From an uncultured Desulfonema sp. (lineage in GTDB: Bacteria; Desulfobacterota; Desulfobacteria; Desulfobacterales; RPRI01), in NCBI GenBank assembly GCA_964402865.1, contig CAYODW010000016.1, forward strand, positions 1-24,000: a stretch of 24,000 nt of DNA, given 5' to 3'. Numbering within the stretch: the stretch's first letter is position 1; the number at the start of each line of letters is the position of its first letter. A program made the position numbers and the translations under genes. This document shows positions 1 through 7,808 of the stretch, piece after piece. Below the pieces are notes generated by a model. It ran no database searches. It worked only from the letters and a program-made list of their open reading frames with translations, and was not told where the DNA came from.

Positions 1-132
1 GTGCGACATACAATGTGTATGTCTCCGCGCAATCCCTTGATTTCCTTGAGCTTGCTCAAAATAACCTATTTCCGAATTGAAAACTTATTAATCAGTAAAT
101 AGAATGAAACTGTTACCGGAGATACTCAAGCA

Positions 133-1908
133 ATGTACGGTTTTTACGGCAGGATTCTCAAAATAGATCTATCCTTAAAAAAGCATGTCATAGAATCTGT
201 CGATGAGCAGATTTATAAAAAATATCTTGGAGGCAAAGGACTCGCCTCTTACCTTCTTTATAATCTTAACCCCCCGGGAGTTGATCCCTTGTCTCCCGCA
301 AATTGTCTCATTTTTGCGGCAGGTCCAGTTACCGGGAGCATGACATGGGGCTCCTCGCGTTACGGGGTTTTCACGAAATCGCCCCAGACCAGGCTTTATT
401 CCGAATCCTATTCGGGTGGAAGAGTGCCCGAAGCAATCGATTCCACGGGATACGATGCAATTGTCATAACAGGAAAAAGTTCGAAGCCAGCCTTACTTGT
501 TATTCATCCCGATGGAGTTGAGTATCACGATGCGGAAGGGATTTGGGGGATGAATACATATGAAACCGAAGATGCCGTCAACAAGCTGTTCAGCAAATCA
601 AGGGATAAAAATTTTAAATCCGGATCTGTTGTAATAGGTCCGGCAGGTGAAAATCTTGTAACATTTTCCGTAATCGAAAATGACAAGTGGCGTTGTGCGG
701 GAAGAACCGGAGTCGGAACCGTCCTGGGATCGAAAAACCTAAAGGCCGTATATTTTGCTGGAAATAAAAAGCGGCCGCTGTTTGACAAAGAAGGCCTTGC
801 ATCATTTTCAAAAAAACTTGCCGCTGAATCAAAGAACAAGCCGTTTGTCCTTGCATACAAAAATATGGGTACTCCAAGGATGGTCGAAACCACAAACAAG
901 GCTGGGGCTTTCCCTTCGGGATACTGGTCGGAAGGCTCATTTGACAAATGGGAAAAGATTGGAGCCGAAGCTCTCCACAGGCAATGCAAAGTAGTTCCGA
1001 GCGCCTGCGCAAAATGCTTTATTGCCTGCGGGAGGATGACGACAATAAAGAGCGGTCGTCACGCAGGTCTAACGATAGAAGGACCCGAATACGAAACGAT
1101 ATTCGCTTTCGGCGGTTTATGCCGGATTGACAGCATTGATGAGATTGCCTATCTTAATGATATATGTGACAGTCTTGGGATGGATACGATATCGGCTGGA
1201 AATCTTTGCGGATTCGCAATTGAAGCTTCAAGGCTGAAGAAAATATCTTATGCGATTGATTATGGTGATGTTGATGCAACAGCAGAGCTTCTTCACATGA
1301 TTGCGGGACGAAAAGGAGTTGGCGATACTCTGGCTCACGGGATAATACATGCCGCGAAAGAATGGGGTTTGGAAGATATTGCAGTACACGTAAAAGGGCT
1401 CGAGCCGCCGGGTTACGATCCCAGAGTCTTAAAAGGATGCGCTCTTGCATATGCGGTATCGGACAGGGGCGCGTGCCATTTGAGAGCAACATTCCATAAT
1501 CCTGAATTGACAGGCACGATATCGCCTGAAATTGTTGAAGGAAAGGCCGCCCTTTTTATAGATTATGAAAACCGCCTTGTTCTTTTTGACACCCTTATCC
1601 TGTGCCGTTTTTACAGAGATATGTATCCATGGGATAATATTTCGCATTTGATCCGGATGACCACCGGTCTGGATGAAAAAAGAGAAAGGCTTGAAAAAAG
1701 AGCTTCGGATATTTCCGACCTTGTGAGGTGTTTCAATATCAGAGAAGGCTTAAAACAGGAAGATGAGAGATTGCCGCAGCATCTGCATAAGGAGCTTACA
1801 AAAACCGGCCAGACAATAAGCGAGAAAGAATTAAAAGGTATGATTCTGGAGTATTACAGTCTTCGCGGGTGGAATGAACAGGGTATTCCCATTAAAGCAG
1901 TGGTCTAG
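133..1908 (+). CDS. aor: Aldehyde:ferredoxin oxidoreductase, tungsten/molybdopterin AOR family
   Basis: 591-aa ORF. The N-terminus MYGFYGRILKIDLS is typical of the AOR N-domain. CAKCFIACGR is a C-x2-C-x3-C 4Fe-4S ligand motif. GLEPPGYDPR and DRGACHLR motifs are present. GGAGA lies about 10 nt upstream of the ATG. Confidence 0.9.
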   Translation: MYGFYGRILKIDLSLKKHVIESVDEQIYKKYLGGKGLASYLLYNLNPPGVDPLSPANCLIFAAGPVTGSMTWGSSRYGVFTKSPQTRLYSESYSGGRVPEAIDSTGYDAIVITGKSSKPALLVIHPDGVEYHDAEGIWGMNTYETEDAVNKLFSKSRDKNFKSGSVVIGPAGENLVTFSVIENDKWRCAGRTGVGTVLGSKNLKAVYFAGNKKRPLFDKEGLASFSKKLAAESKNKPFVLAYKNMGTPRMVETTNKAGAFPSGYWSEGSFDKWEKIGAEALHRQCKVVPSACAKCFIACGRMTTIKSGRHAGLTIEGPEYETIFAFGGLCRIDSIDEIAYLNDICDSLGMDTISAGNLCGFAIEASRLKKISYAIDYGDVDATAELLHMIAGRKGVGDTLAHGIIHAAKEWGLEDIAVHVKGLEPPGYDPRVLKGCALAYAVSDRGACHLRATFHNPELTGTISPEIVEGKAALFIDYENRLVLFDTLILCRFYRDMYPWDNISHLIRMTTGLDEKRERLEKRASDISDLVRCFNIREGLKQEDERLPQHLHKELTKTGQTISEKELKGMILEYYSLRGWNEQGIPIKAVV

Positions 1909-2018
1909 GAGTCAAGGGGTCAAAGGGTCAAGTGAAAGGAAAGCCATAGAGGACTTCGGATATATATCGGACGTTTGAGGGTTTTAAGAACCTTATGAAA
2001 CATAATAGGAGATGCATC

Positions 2019-2744
2019 ATGAAAAGATATACATTTTATATAATTATTTTCTGCATCATATTGCTGACAGGATGTGCAACTTATACCGCAAAGCCGCTTC
2101 CCTTTAAATCCCCGGCTGCCATGAAGAATGCCGTTAATGTGGAAGGCGCGGATATTGCGGCAAGGGCATTTACCGATCCGGATGAAGCAAAAACGATCTT
2201 CGGTTTTGATATACTTTCCGCCGGTATGCTTCCCGTCCAGGTCGTTTTCGACAACCAGGGCTCGCATCCTTTCGAAGTTGTCGGCCATCAGACTTTTCTT
2301 GAAGACAAAAACGGGAATCTCTGGCCGATATTAGGCAAGGAGATTGCCTATGAAAGAACGACCCGATATGCAAAAACAAAGGAGATTTTCAAGGAGGGTG
2401 CATATAAGGGTTTTCTGGGAGCAGCGGCCGGCGCTATCATAGGAACGGCTATAGGAATTGTTTCGGGTGAAAATGTTGCGTCTGCGGCCGGAAAAGGGGC
2501 TGCTTTGGGCGCCGCAGCCGGAGCTACGATAGGCGGAGTGACCGGATATGGCTCGGATAATGCAATAAAGTCGATAACAAACGATTTGCGCGAAAAATCC
2601 CTCCAGAGCAACGCGATTCTCCCTAAAAGCCTCGCTCACGGAATATTATTTTTCCCGGGTGAAGCCGGCTCTGCAAAACAGCTCCGTCTTCAGATAATGG
2701 AAAAAGACACCGGAAAGGTACATGTTATAAAACTTGACTTTTAA
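2019..2744 (+). CDS. Uncharacterised lipoprotein with a central glycine-zipper segment
   Basis: The ORF track starts at 1995, but the internal ATG at 2019 is preceded by GGAG (2008-2011). It yields MKRYTFYIIIFCIILLTGC, a signal peptide with an LTGC lipobox. A central Gly/Ala zipper reads GAAAGAIIGTAIGIVSG...GAALGAAAGATIGGVTG. I recognise no enzyme motif. Confidence 0.7.
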   Translation: MKRYTFYIIIFCIILLTGCATYTAKPLPFKSPAAMKNAVNVEGADIAARAFTDPDEAKTIFGFDILSAGMLPVQVVFDNQGSHPFEVVGHQTFLEDKNGNLWPILGKEIAYERTTRYAKTKEIFKEGAYKGFLGAAAGAIIGTAIGIVSGENVASAAGKGAALGAAAGATIGGVTGYGSDNAIKSITNDLREKSLQSNAILPKSLAHGILFFPGEAGSAKQLRLQIMEKDTGKVHVIKLDF

Positions 2745-2772
2745 AGGTGTCAGGGAACGCCTTTTTTCTTTT
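2745..2772 (+). terminator. Rho-independent terminator after the lipoprotein gene
   Basis: Stem AGGTGT (2745-2750) pairs with ACGCCT (2757-2762), including one G-U pair, around the 6-nt loop CAGGGA. It is followed by TTTTTCTTTT, immediately after the stop codon. Confidence 0.6.
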
Positions 2773-2883
2773 CCCGTTGACATTATTAAATAGGTTCTTA
2801 ATTTACCTTAAACATTTATGGTTTTTGACATTCTTTCAGAAAATCCAGAAACCAGAAATGAAATTATTAATAACGGAGATTAA

Positions 2884-3567
2884 ATGATGATGCATATAGA
2901 AACAAAAGAGCAGGTTATGGAAAAAATCATGTCTCAGAAAAAACCGGTTTGTCCGCACTGCGGAGTCGAGATGAATATATGGGAAGTTCCATCGATTAAT
3001 TGCGGAGATGGTCTCGGATGGGGAACTCCTTATCTATTTATATGCTTTAATGATGAGTGTCCATTGTACGTAAAGGGGTGGGAGAACATCAAGGATAATT
3101 ATTCCCACAGCGCTTCATACAGATGCATGAATTACCCTGGAACCGAACAATTCGAACTCATTACTGTTTTCAGTCCGGTCGGCGCAACAGGGCAGATTAT
3201 AGACGATCAGGTAATGGCGCAGCAGGAAGCTTTGAAAGAAGCCACAAAAAAAGGTTTCTCCATACTGGCTGGATGCTATGTATCGAAAGACTCGCCTTCG
3301 GTTTTACGGATTCTTCTCGATCCTACCGAACCCGCCAGAGTCAGACTCAAAGCCGCAGAAATGATCGGAGATATAGGAGACACTGACGCGATAGAACCTC
3401 TCCGGAATTTGAAATTTGAAAGCAGGGTTCTTCAGGAAAAGGTCGAAGAATCGGTTGTAAAAATTCACGAAAAATTTTTTACAAGGGAGTGCCCGTTCTG
3501 CGCGGAGATAATTAAAAAGAGGGCCAATACCTGCAAACACTGTGGAAAAGAAGTGGCCGGACAATAG
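2884..3567 (+). CDS. Uncharacterised protein with an N-terminal Cys-rich domain, a HEAT-like repeat and a C-terminal zinc ribbon
   Basis: 227-aa ORF with GGAG 5 nt upstream of the ATG. CPHCG...C...C...C motifs lie in the first 60 aa. ARVRLKAAEMIGDIGDTDAIEPLRNL resembles a HEAT / PBS-lyase-type repeat. The C-terminal CPFCAEIIKKRANTCKHCGK is a CxxC-N10-CxxC zinc ribbon. Confidence 0.6.
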   Translation: MMMHIETKEQVMEKIMSQKKPVCPHCGVEMNIWEVPSINCGDGLGWGTPYLFICFNDECPLYVKGWENIKDNYSHSASYRCMNYPGTEQFELITVFSPVGATGQIIDDQVMAQQEALKEATKKGFSILAGCYVSKDSPSVLRILLDPTEPARVRLKAAEMIGDIGDTDAIEPLRNLKFESRVLQEKVEESVVKIHEKFFTRECPFCAEIIKKRANTCKHCGKEVAGQ

Positions 3568-3589
3568 CTGTAACGATAAAAATTTATCT

Positions 3590-3750
3590 GACAGGATAAA
3601 CAGGATTATTTGTAAAGCCGCTCCGGAAGATCGGCCCGAAACACGCATCCGCTTCGCGGAAGGAAGTAAGCGCCGACGTTGGCTTTAGGCTTATTGCCTG
3701 ACCAGCTTCAGGCGGGCAGACAACATCATGTTCATCCTGTTAATCCTGTC
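3590..3750. repeat. Long-range inverted repeat (17 nt, 16/17 complementary) enclosing a GC-rich, internally self-complementary 127-nt core
   Basis: Left arm GACAGGATAAACAGGAT (3590-3606) is complementary to right arm ATCCTGTTAATCCTGTC (3734-3750) with a single central A/A mismatch. Each arm is itself a tandem ACAGGAT duplication. The core contains further nested complementary segments. The right arm covers the gpmI stop codon (3740-3742). Confidence 0.6.
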
Positions 3751-5296
3751 TAATTTTAAGCAAAGAAAGCCCGTTCATTGAGGACGGTTTTTCGATTCCC
3801 ATGATCTCAAGTATAGTCGGAGCTATATCCCCAAGAACACCGCTTCTCAATTCGGCCTTTTTTCTCGAATCATCAACAAGAATAAAAGGAACGGGATTTA
3901 GCGTGTGCGCGGTATGAACATGCCCATTTTCATCAATCATCGTTTCGGCATTTCCGTGATCCGCCGTAATCAGAACAACCCCTCCCTGCTTTTTCACCTC
4001 GCCGACAATTTCGCCGACACAGGAATCTATTGTTTCGCAGGCATTAATTGCGGCTTCCACAACTCCCGTATGTCCGACCATATCCATGTTTGCAAAATTG
4101 AGTACAACAAGATCATAATGACCTGATTTCAAACGCGATAAAAGCTCGACGGTTACAATCCGCGCACTCATCTCCGGTCTCTTGTCATATGTCGAAACAT
4201 CGCGGGGAGATGGTATAAGGCATCTTTCTTCAAGAGGAAACGGTTTTTCCTCACCACCGTTGAAAAAATATGTAACATGAGCATACTTCTCCGTTTCGGC
4301 AATCCTCAACTGTTTTAATCCATTTTTACTTATGACTTCACCGAGAATCTCCTTCAAGTGAACAGGAGGAAAAGCGACAGGCAGGGTGAATTTCTCATCG
4401 TACTGGGTCATGCAGGCGAACCCTGATATCCGGAGATAAGGTTCTCTTTTGAATAAATCGAAATCGGGCTCGGTTAACACGCGTGTGATTTCTCTTGCCC
4501 TGTCAGACCGGAAGTTGAAAAAAATAATCCCGTCCCCGTTTTCTATTTTCACCGGATGCTTCCCATCATTCCCGGTTATGATGACCGGTTTTACGAACTC
4601 ATCCGTCTCTTTTCGCAAATAGGCATTCCTAACCGCATCAACAGGATTTTTTTCTTCTGTTCCTTCCCCGTTAACGTAGAGTCTGTATGCCTTTTCGATT
4701 CTGTCCCATCTGGTATCGCGATCCATTGCGAAATATCTCCCGCATACAGAAGCAATCTCTCCGGCTCCTTTATCGGTTATATAATCCTGTAGTCTCTGCA
4801 TGAATATCACGCCGCTGTCAGGAGGAGTATCCCTCCCGTCAAGTATGGGGTGTATATAAATACGTTTCAATCCCTTTTCGGCAGCCATATTAATCAGCGC
4901 AAAGAGATGGTTTATATGACTGTGAACTCCTCCGTCCGAAAGAAGTCCCATGAGATGCAGGGATGCATTCTCATCTTTTACCATATTTATGACGGAACAG
5001 AGCGCATCATTTTCAAAAAAACTTTTATCCCGGATCGCCTTATTGATCCTGACAAGATCCTGATAAACCACCCTTCCGGCGCCTATGTTCAAATGTCCGA
5101 CTTCCGAATTTCCCATTACGCCTTCCGGGAGACCAACTGCTTCGCCCGAACACAACAATCGGGTATTAGGATACTCTGATTTGAATTTATCAAGAAACGG
5201 GGTTCTTGCCATGGCTATCGCATTTCCTTTGCCCGAACCGCTTATTCCCCATCCATCAAGTATTATAAGAATGCAGAATTTTTGGTTATTCAACAT
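3740..5296 (-). CDS. gpmI: 2,3-bisphosphoglycerate-independent phosphoglycerate mutase
   Basis: Motifs ILDGWG, GNSEVGHLNIGAGR and ADHGNAE are present, and the length is about 518 aa. The ORF track extends to a TTG at 5332. The first ATG (5296, MLNNQKFCILIILDGWG) fits homolog N-termini better and overlaps the rsfS stop. Confidence 0.9.
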   Translation of the reverse strand: MLNNQKFCILIILDGWGISGSGKGNAIAMARTPFLDKFKSEYPNTRLLCSGEAVGLPEGVMGNSEVGHLNIGAGRVVYQDLVRINKAIRDKSFFENDALCSVINMVKDENASLHLMGLLSDGGVHSHINHLFALINMAAEKGLKRIYIHPILDGRDTPPDSGVIFMQRLQDYITDKGAGEIASVCGRYFAMDRDTRWDRIEKAYRLYVNGEGTEEKNPVDAVRNAYLRKETDEFVKPVIITGNDGKHPVKIENGDGIIFFNFRSDRAREITRVLTEPDFDLFKREPYLRISGFACMTQYDEKFTLPVAFPPVHLKEILGEVISKNGLKQLRIAETEKYAHVTYFFNGGEEKPFPLEERCLIPSPRDVSTYDKRPEMSARIVTVELLSRLKSGHYDLVVLNFANMDMVGHTGVVEAAINACETIDSCVGEIVGEVKKQGGVVLITADHGNAETMIDENGHVHTAHTLNPVPFILVDDSRKKAELRSGVLGDIAPTILEIMGIEKPSSMNGLSLLKIRQD

Positions 5297-5708
5297 ATGC
5301 TTCCAGCTCTCCGGCCTTCCTTGCTTTTTCAATCATACTCTTGGTCGTCATGCGTTTTGCATCCGACCAGAGTCCTTCAAGATCATAAAATTTTCTTACA
5401 GTTTCATAAAAAATATGAATTATGACATCCCCGTAGTCCAGCAAAACCCACAGCCCTTCATTTTTCCCTTCGACACTCAACGGCTTCAATCCTCTCTTTT
5501 TCAGATAACGTTCAACATGATAGGCAATTGCGGCAGCCTGGCGATTGGAAAGAGCGCTGCATATTATAAATATATCGGCAACGGAAGTAAGTCCCCTTAC
5601 GTCAAGTATAACAACATCGGCGGCTTTTTTCTCCAATACAGCTTTAACATAAAGATCGATTCGCTGATCTAAGTCCTGCATTGCCTGATTTGATTTCTTT
5701 AAAGTCAT
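5286..5708 (-). CDS. rsfS: Ribosome silencing factor RsfS (iojap family)
   Basis: 140 aa. DVVILDVRGLTSVADIFIICSALSNRQAAAIA...LLDYGDVIIHIF is the typical RsfS core. The gene sits directly after nadD, as in many bacteria. Confidence 0.85.
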   Translation of the reverse strand: MTLKKSNQAMQDLDQRIDLYVKAVLEKKAADVVILDVRGLTSVADIFIICSALSNRQAAAIAYHVERYLKKRGLKPLSVEGKNEGLWVLLDYGDVIIHIFYETVRKFYDLEGLWSDAKRMTTKSMIEKARKAGELEAYVE

Positions 5709-6385
5709 CTGTATAATCCCTTGCTTTTAATAAAGAGTTCGACATTCGCCGGTACAAGAAAGCAAATGGGCTCTCCTTCTTGTGCCATCCTGCGAATTTT
5801 TGTTGAAGAAATATCCATTTGACTTACTTCAAATATATATACAGGCTTATTAACTTCATGCATATAACAGGAATCCTGCTTTGAAAAATAGTACCCCTCT
5901 GATATTTTCGCATTGAGAAAATCTCCTAAATTCATCAGCTTCGCCGTAGAATCCGTGTAGTTACCCCCCGGCCTTGCCATGACTATAAATGGTACAAGGC
6001 CAAAAAGCTCCCTGAATGATTTCCATGTATCTATTTCGAGGAATGCGTCAAGACCTACTATAAGATAGAAGTCGGTTTGATCGGTTTGAGATGATTTAAA
6101 ATATTTTACAGTATCTATTGTATATGAAGGACCCGACCTTTTGAGTTCAACATCCGAAACTGTCAATGCTGAATAATCTGAAATTGCCATCCTGATCATT
6201 GCGAGACGATCTATGGCGTCTGCAACACAGGATGAATCCTTGTGCGGAGGAATTGCAGATGGAATAAAGCACACGCTGTCTAAGGCAAACCCAACCTGCA
6301 CTTCAACCGCAGATCTGAGGTGTCCGAAATGAACCGGATTAAATGTTCCCCCCAACAGTCCTATTCGTTTCAAATAATGCCTCAA
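5705..6385 (-). CDS. nadD: Nicotinate-nucleotide adenylyltransferase
   Basis: GLLGGTFNPVHFGHL is the (H/T)xGH nucleotidyltransferase motif, and ISSTKIR lies near the C-terminus. The apparent TTG start abuts the proA TGA stop; an alternative TTG lies 12 nt downstream. Confidence 0.85.
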   Translation of the reverse strand: MRHYLKRIGLLGGTFNPVHFGHLRSAVEVQVGFALDSVCFIPSAIPPHKDSSCVADAIDRLAMIRMAISDYSALTVSDVELKRSGPSYTIDTVKYFKSSQTDQTDFYLIVGLDAFLEIDTWKSFRELFGLVPFIVMARPGGNYTDSTAKLMNLGDFLNAKISEGYYFSKQDSCYMHEVNKPVYIFEVSQMDISSTKIRRMAQEGEPICFLVPANVELFIKSKGLYR

Positions 6386-7642
6386 TCACTCTCTGACCTG
6401 ACCATCTCCGAATACTATGAATTTTGTCGTGGTGAGCTCTTCCAGACCCATCGGTCCGAAAGCATGCAGCTTGGAAGTGCTTATTCCTATTTCAGCCCCC
6501 AATCCGAGTTGCCCTCCGTCATTAAAACGCGTTGAAGCATTCACAAGAACGACAGAGGAATCGACTTCGCGGAGAAAACGCCTTGCCCTGCCGTAATCGC
6601 CTGTAACGATCGACTCGGTATGGTTTGATCCGTATTTTGCAATATGGTTGATCGCCTGATCCATATCGTCCACTACCCTGACCGCAACAACAAGATCCAG
6701 AAATTCAGCAGGCCAGTCCTTTTCAGTTGCTTTATCAGCCATCGGAAGAATTCTGCATGTTTTAGGACAGCCTCTGATTTCAACTCCTGCTGCAGCGAAT
6801 TCCTTTGCAATTCCGGGAAGAAAATCCCCTGCTATATCCCTGTGGACAAGCATAGTCTCCATGGCATTACAGACGCCGGGACGCTGAACCTTGGAATTAA
6901 AACATATTTTCCGGGCCATGCCGAGATCAGCGCCATCATCAACATAAACATGACAAACTCCCTTGTAATGCTTTAAAACAGGTATTCTCGAATTCTCGAC
7001 TACAAAACGTATAAGCCCTTCGCCCCCGCGGGGAATGATAAGATCTATATACTCTTCCTGGCTTAAGAGGGCATTTACGGCAAGCCTCTCTCTTACAGGC
7101 ACAGTCTGAACAGCTTCTTCTGGCAGTCCCGATTCTTTCAGGGCTTTTTTAATGATACCGGTCAATGCCTGGTTAGAGCAAAAAGATTCCGAACCTCCGC
7201 GCAATATAACCGCGTTTCCTGCCTTGAGGCAAAGCCCGGCAGCATCAACGGTTACATTTGGCCTTGACTCGTAGATAATTCCTATAACTCCCAGAGGAAT
7301 ACGCATGCGCGATACCTGGAGCCCGTTTGGCCGTATCCATGACCTTGATATCGAACCGACAGGGTCCTCAAGGGCAGCTACCTCTTTAAGACCGTCCGAC
7401 ATCGATCTGATTGTTGAATCACCTATCGTAAGTCTGTCAATAAAGGCTCCTGAAAGTCCGGCTTTTTTTGCGCCGGAAAGGTCTGTTTTATTCTCTTTCT
7501 TAATGTATTTTGCCTGGTTGATTATTTCATCGGCGATTTTTAAAAGGACCTCATTTTTCTTTGCTGTGGGGCATTTTGCAACATCTCTTGAAGCGGCCCT
7601 TGCCGATTTGGCTATTTCTGCTATGGTTGTTTCAACAGTCAT
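6386..7642 (-). CDS. proA: Glutamate-5-semialdehyde dehydrogenase (gamma-glutamyl phosphate reductase)
   Basis: 418 aa. [13 protein letters not shown] and the catalytic-Cys region [14 protein letters not shown] are present. A strong RBS (GAGGGAG) lies upstream of the ATG. Confidence 0.9.
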   Translation of the reverse strand: MTVETTIAEIAKSARAASRDVAKCPTAKKNEVLLKIADEIINQAKYIKKENKTDLSGAKKAGLSGAFIDRLTIGDSTIRSMSDGLKEVAALEDPVGSISRSWIRPNGLQVSRMRIPLGVIGIIYESRPNVTVDAAGLCLKAGNAVILRGGSESFCSNQALTGIIKKALKESGLPEEAVQTVPVRERLAVNALLSQEEYIDLIIPRGGEGLIRFVVENSRIPVLKHYKGVCHVYVDDGADLGMARKICFNSKVQRPGVCNAMETMLVHRDIAGDFLPGIAKEFAAAGVEIRGCPKTCRILPMADKATEKDWPAEFLDLVVAVRVVDDMDQAINHIAKYGSNHTESIVTGDYGRARRFLREVDSSVVLVNASTRFNDGGQLGLGAEIGISTSKLHAFGPMGLEELTTTKFIVFGDGQVRE

Positions 7643-7808
7643 CTGTTACTCCCTCTTTTCAGCGACTTCGATATTTTCATTTTGTTCCGTTGTTCCGGAA
7701 TTTTATCGCCTTACGCCTCACAACTTGCTCATTTTGAATTGTATTTCACACAAGAAATCCCACAGATTGACACAGAGATCGCACAAAAGGGCCATTTCCG
7801 GATTGAAA

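Noticed and set aside
3657-3666. CGGAAGGAAG inside the structured element is identical to a 10-mer from the conserved helix-8 region of E. coli 4.5S/SRP RNA. I also considered a 6S-RNA-like rod.
   Set aside because: The flanking sequence cannot form the SRP domain IV fold. No 3-bp stem closes a GGAA tetraloop, and the symmetric-loop CAGG/AGCA nucleotides are absent on either strand. The nested helices give a branched fold, not the closing-stem/central-bubble layout of 6S RNA. I treat the match as coincidence.
5085-5672. Long antisense ORFs opposite well-supported genes. Examples are 5085-5672 (+, 195 aa), 7305-7829 (+, 174 aa), 7966-8406, 8175-8552, 8569-8976, 9440-9787, 525-989 and 614-1012 (-), 2331-2639 and 2348-2611 (-), 18177-18563 (-) and 20384-21254 (+).
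   Set aside because: Each lies fully inside a gene on the opposite strand whose product has unambiguous family motifs. None has a recognisable motif, RBS or independent intergenic context. They are typical shadow ORFs.
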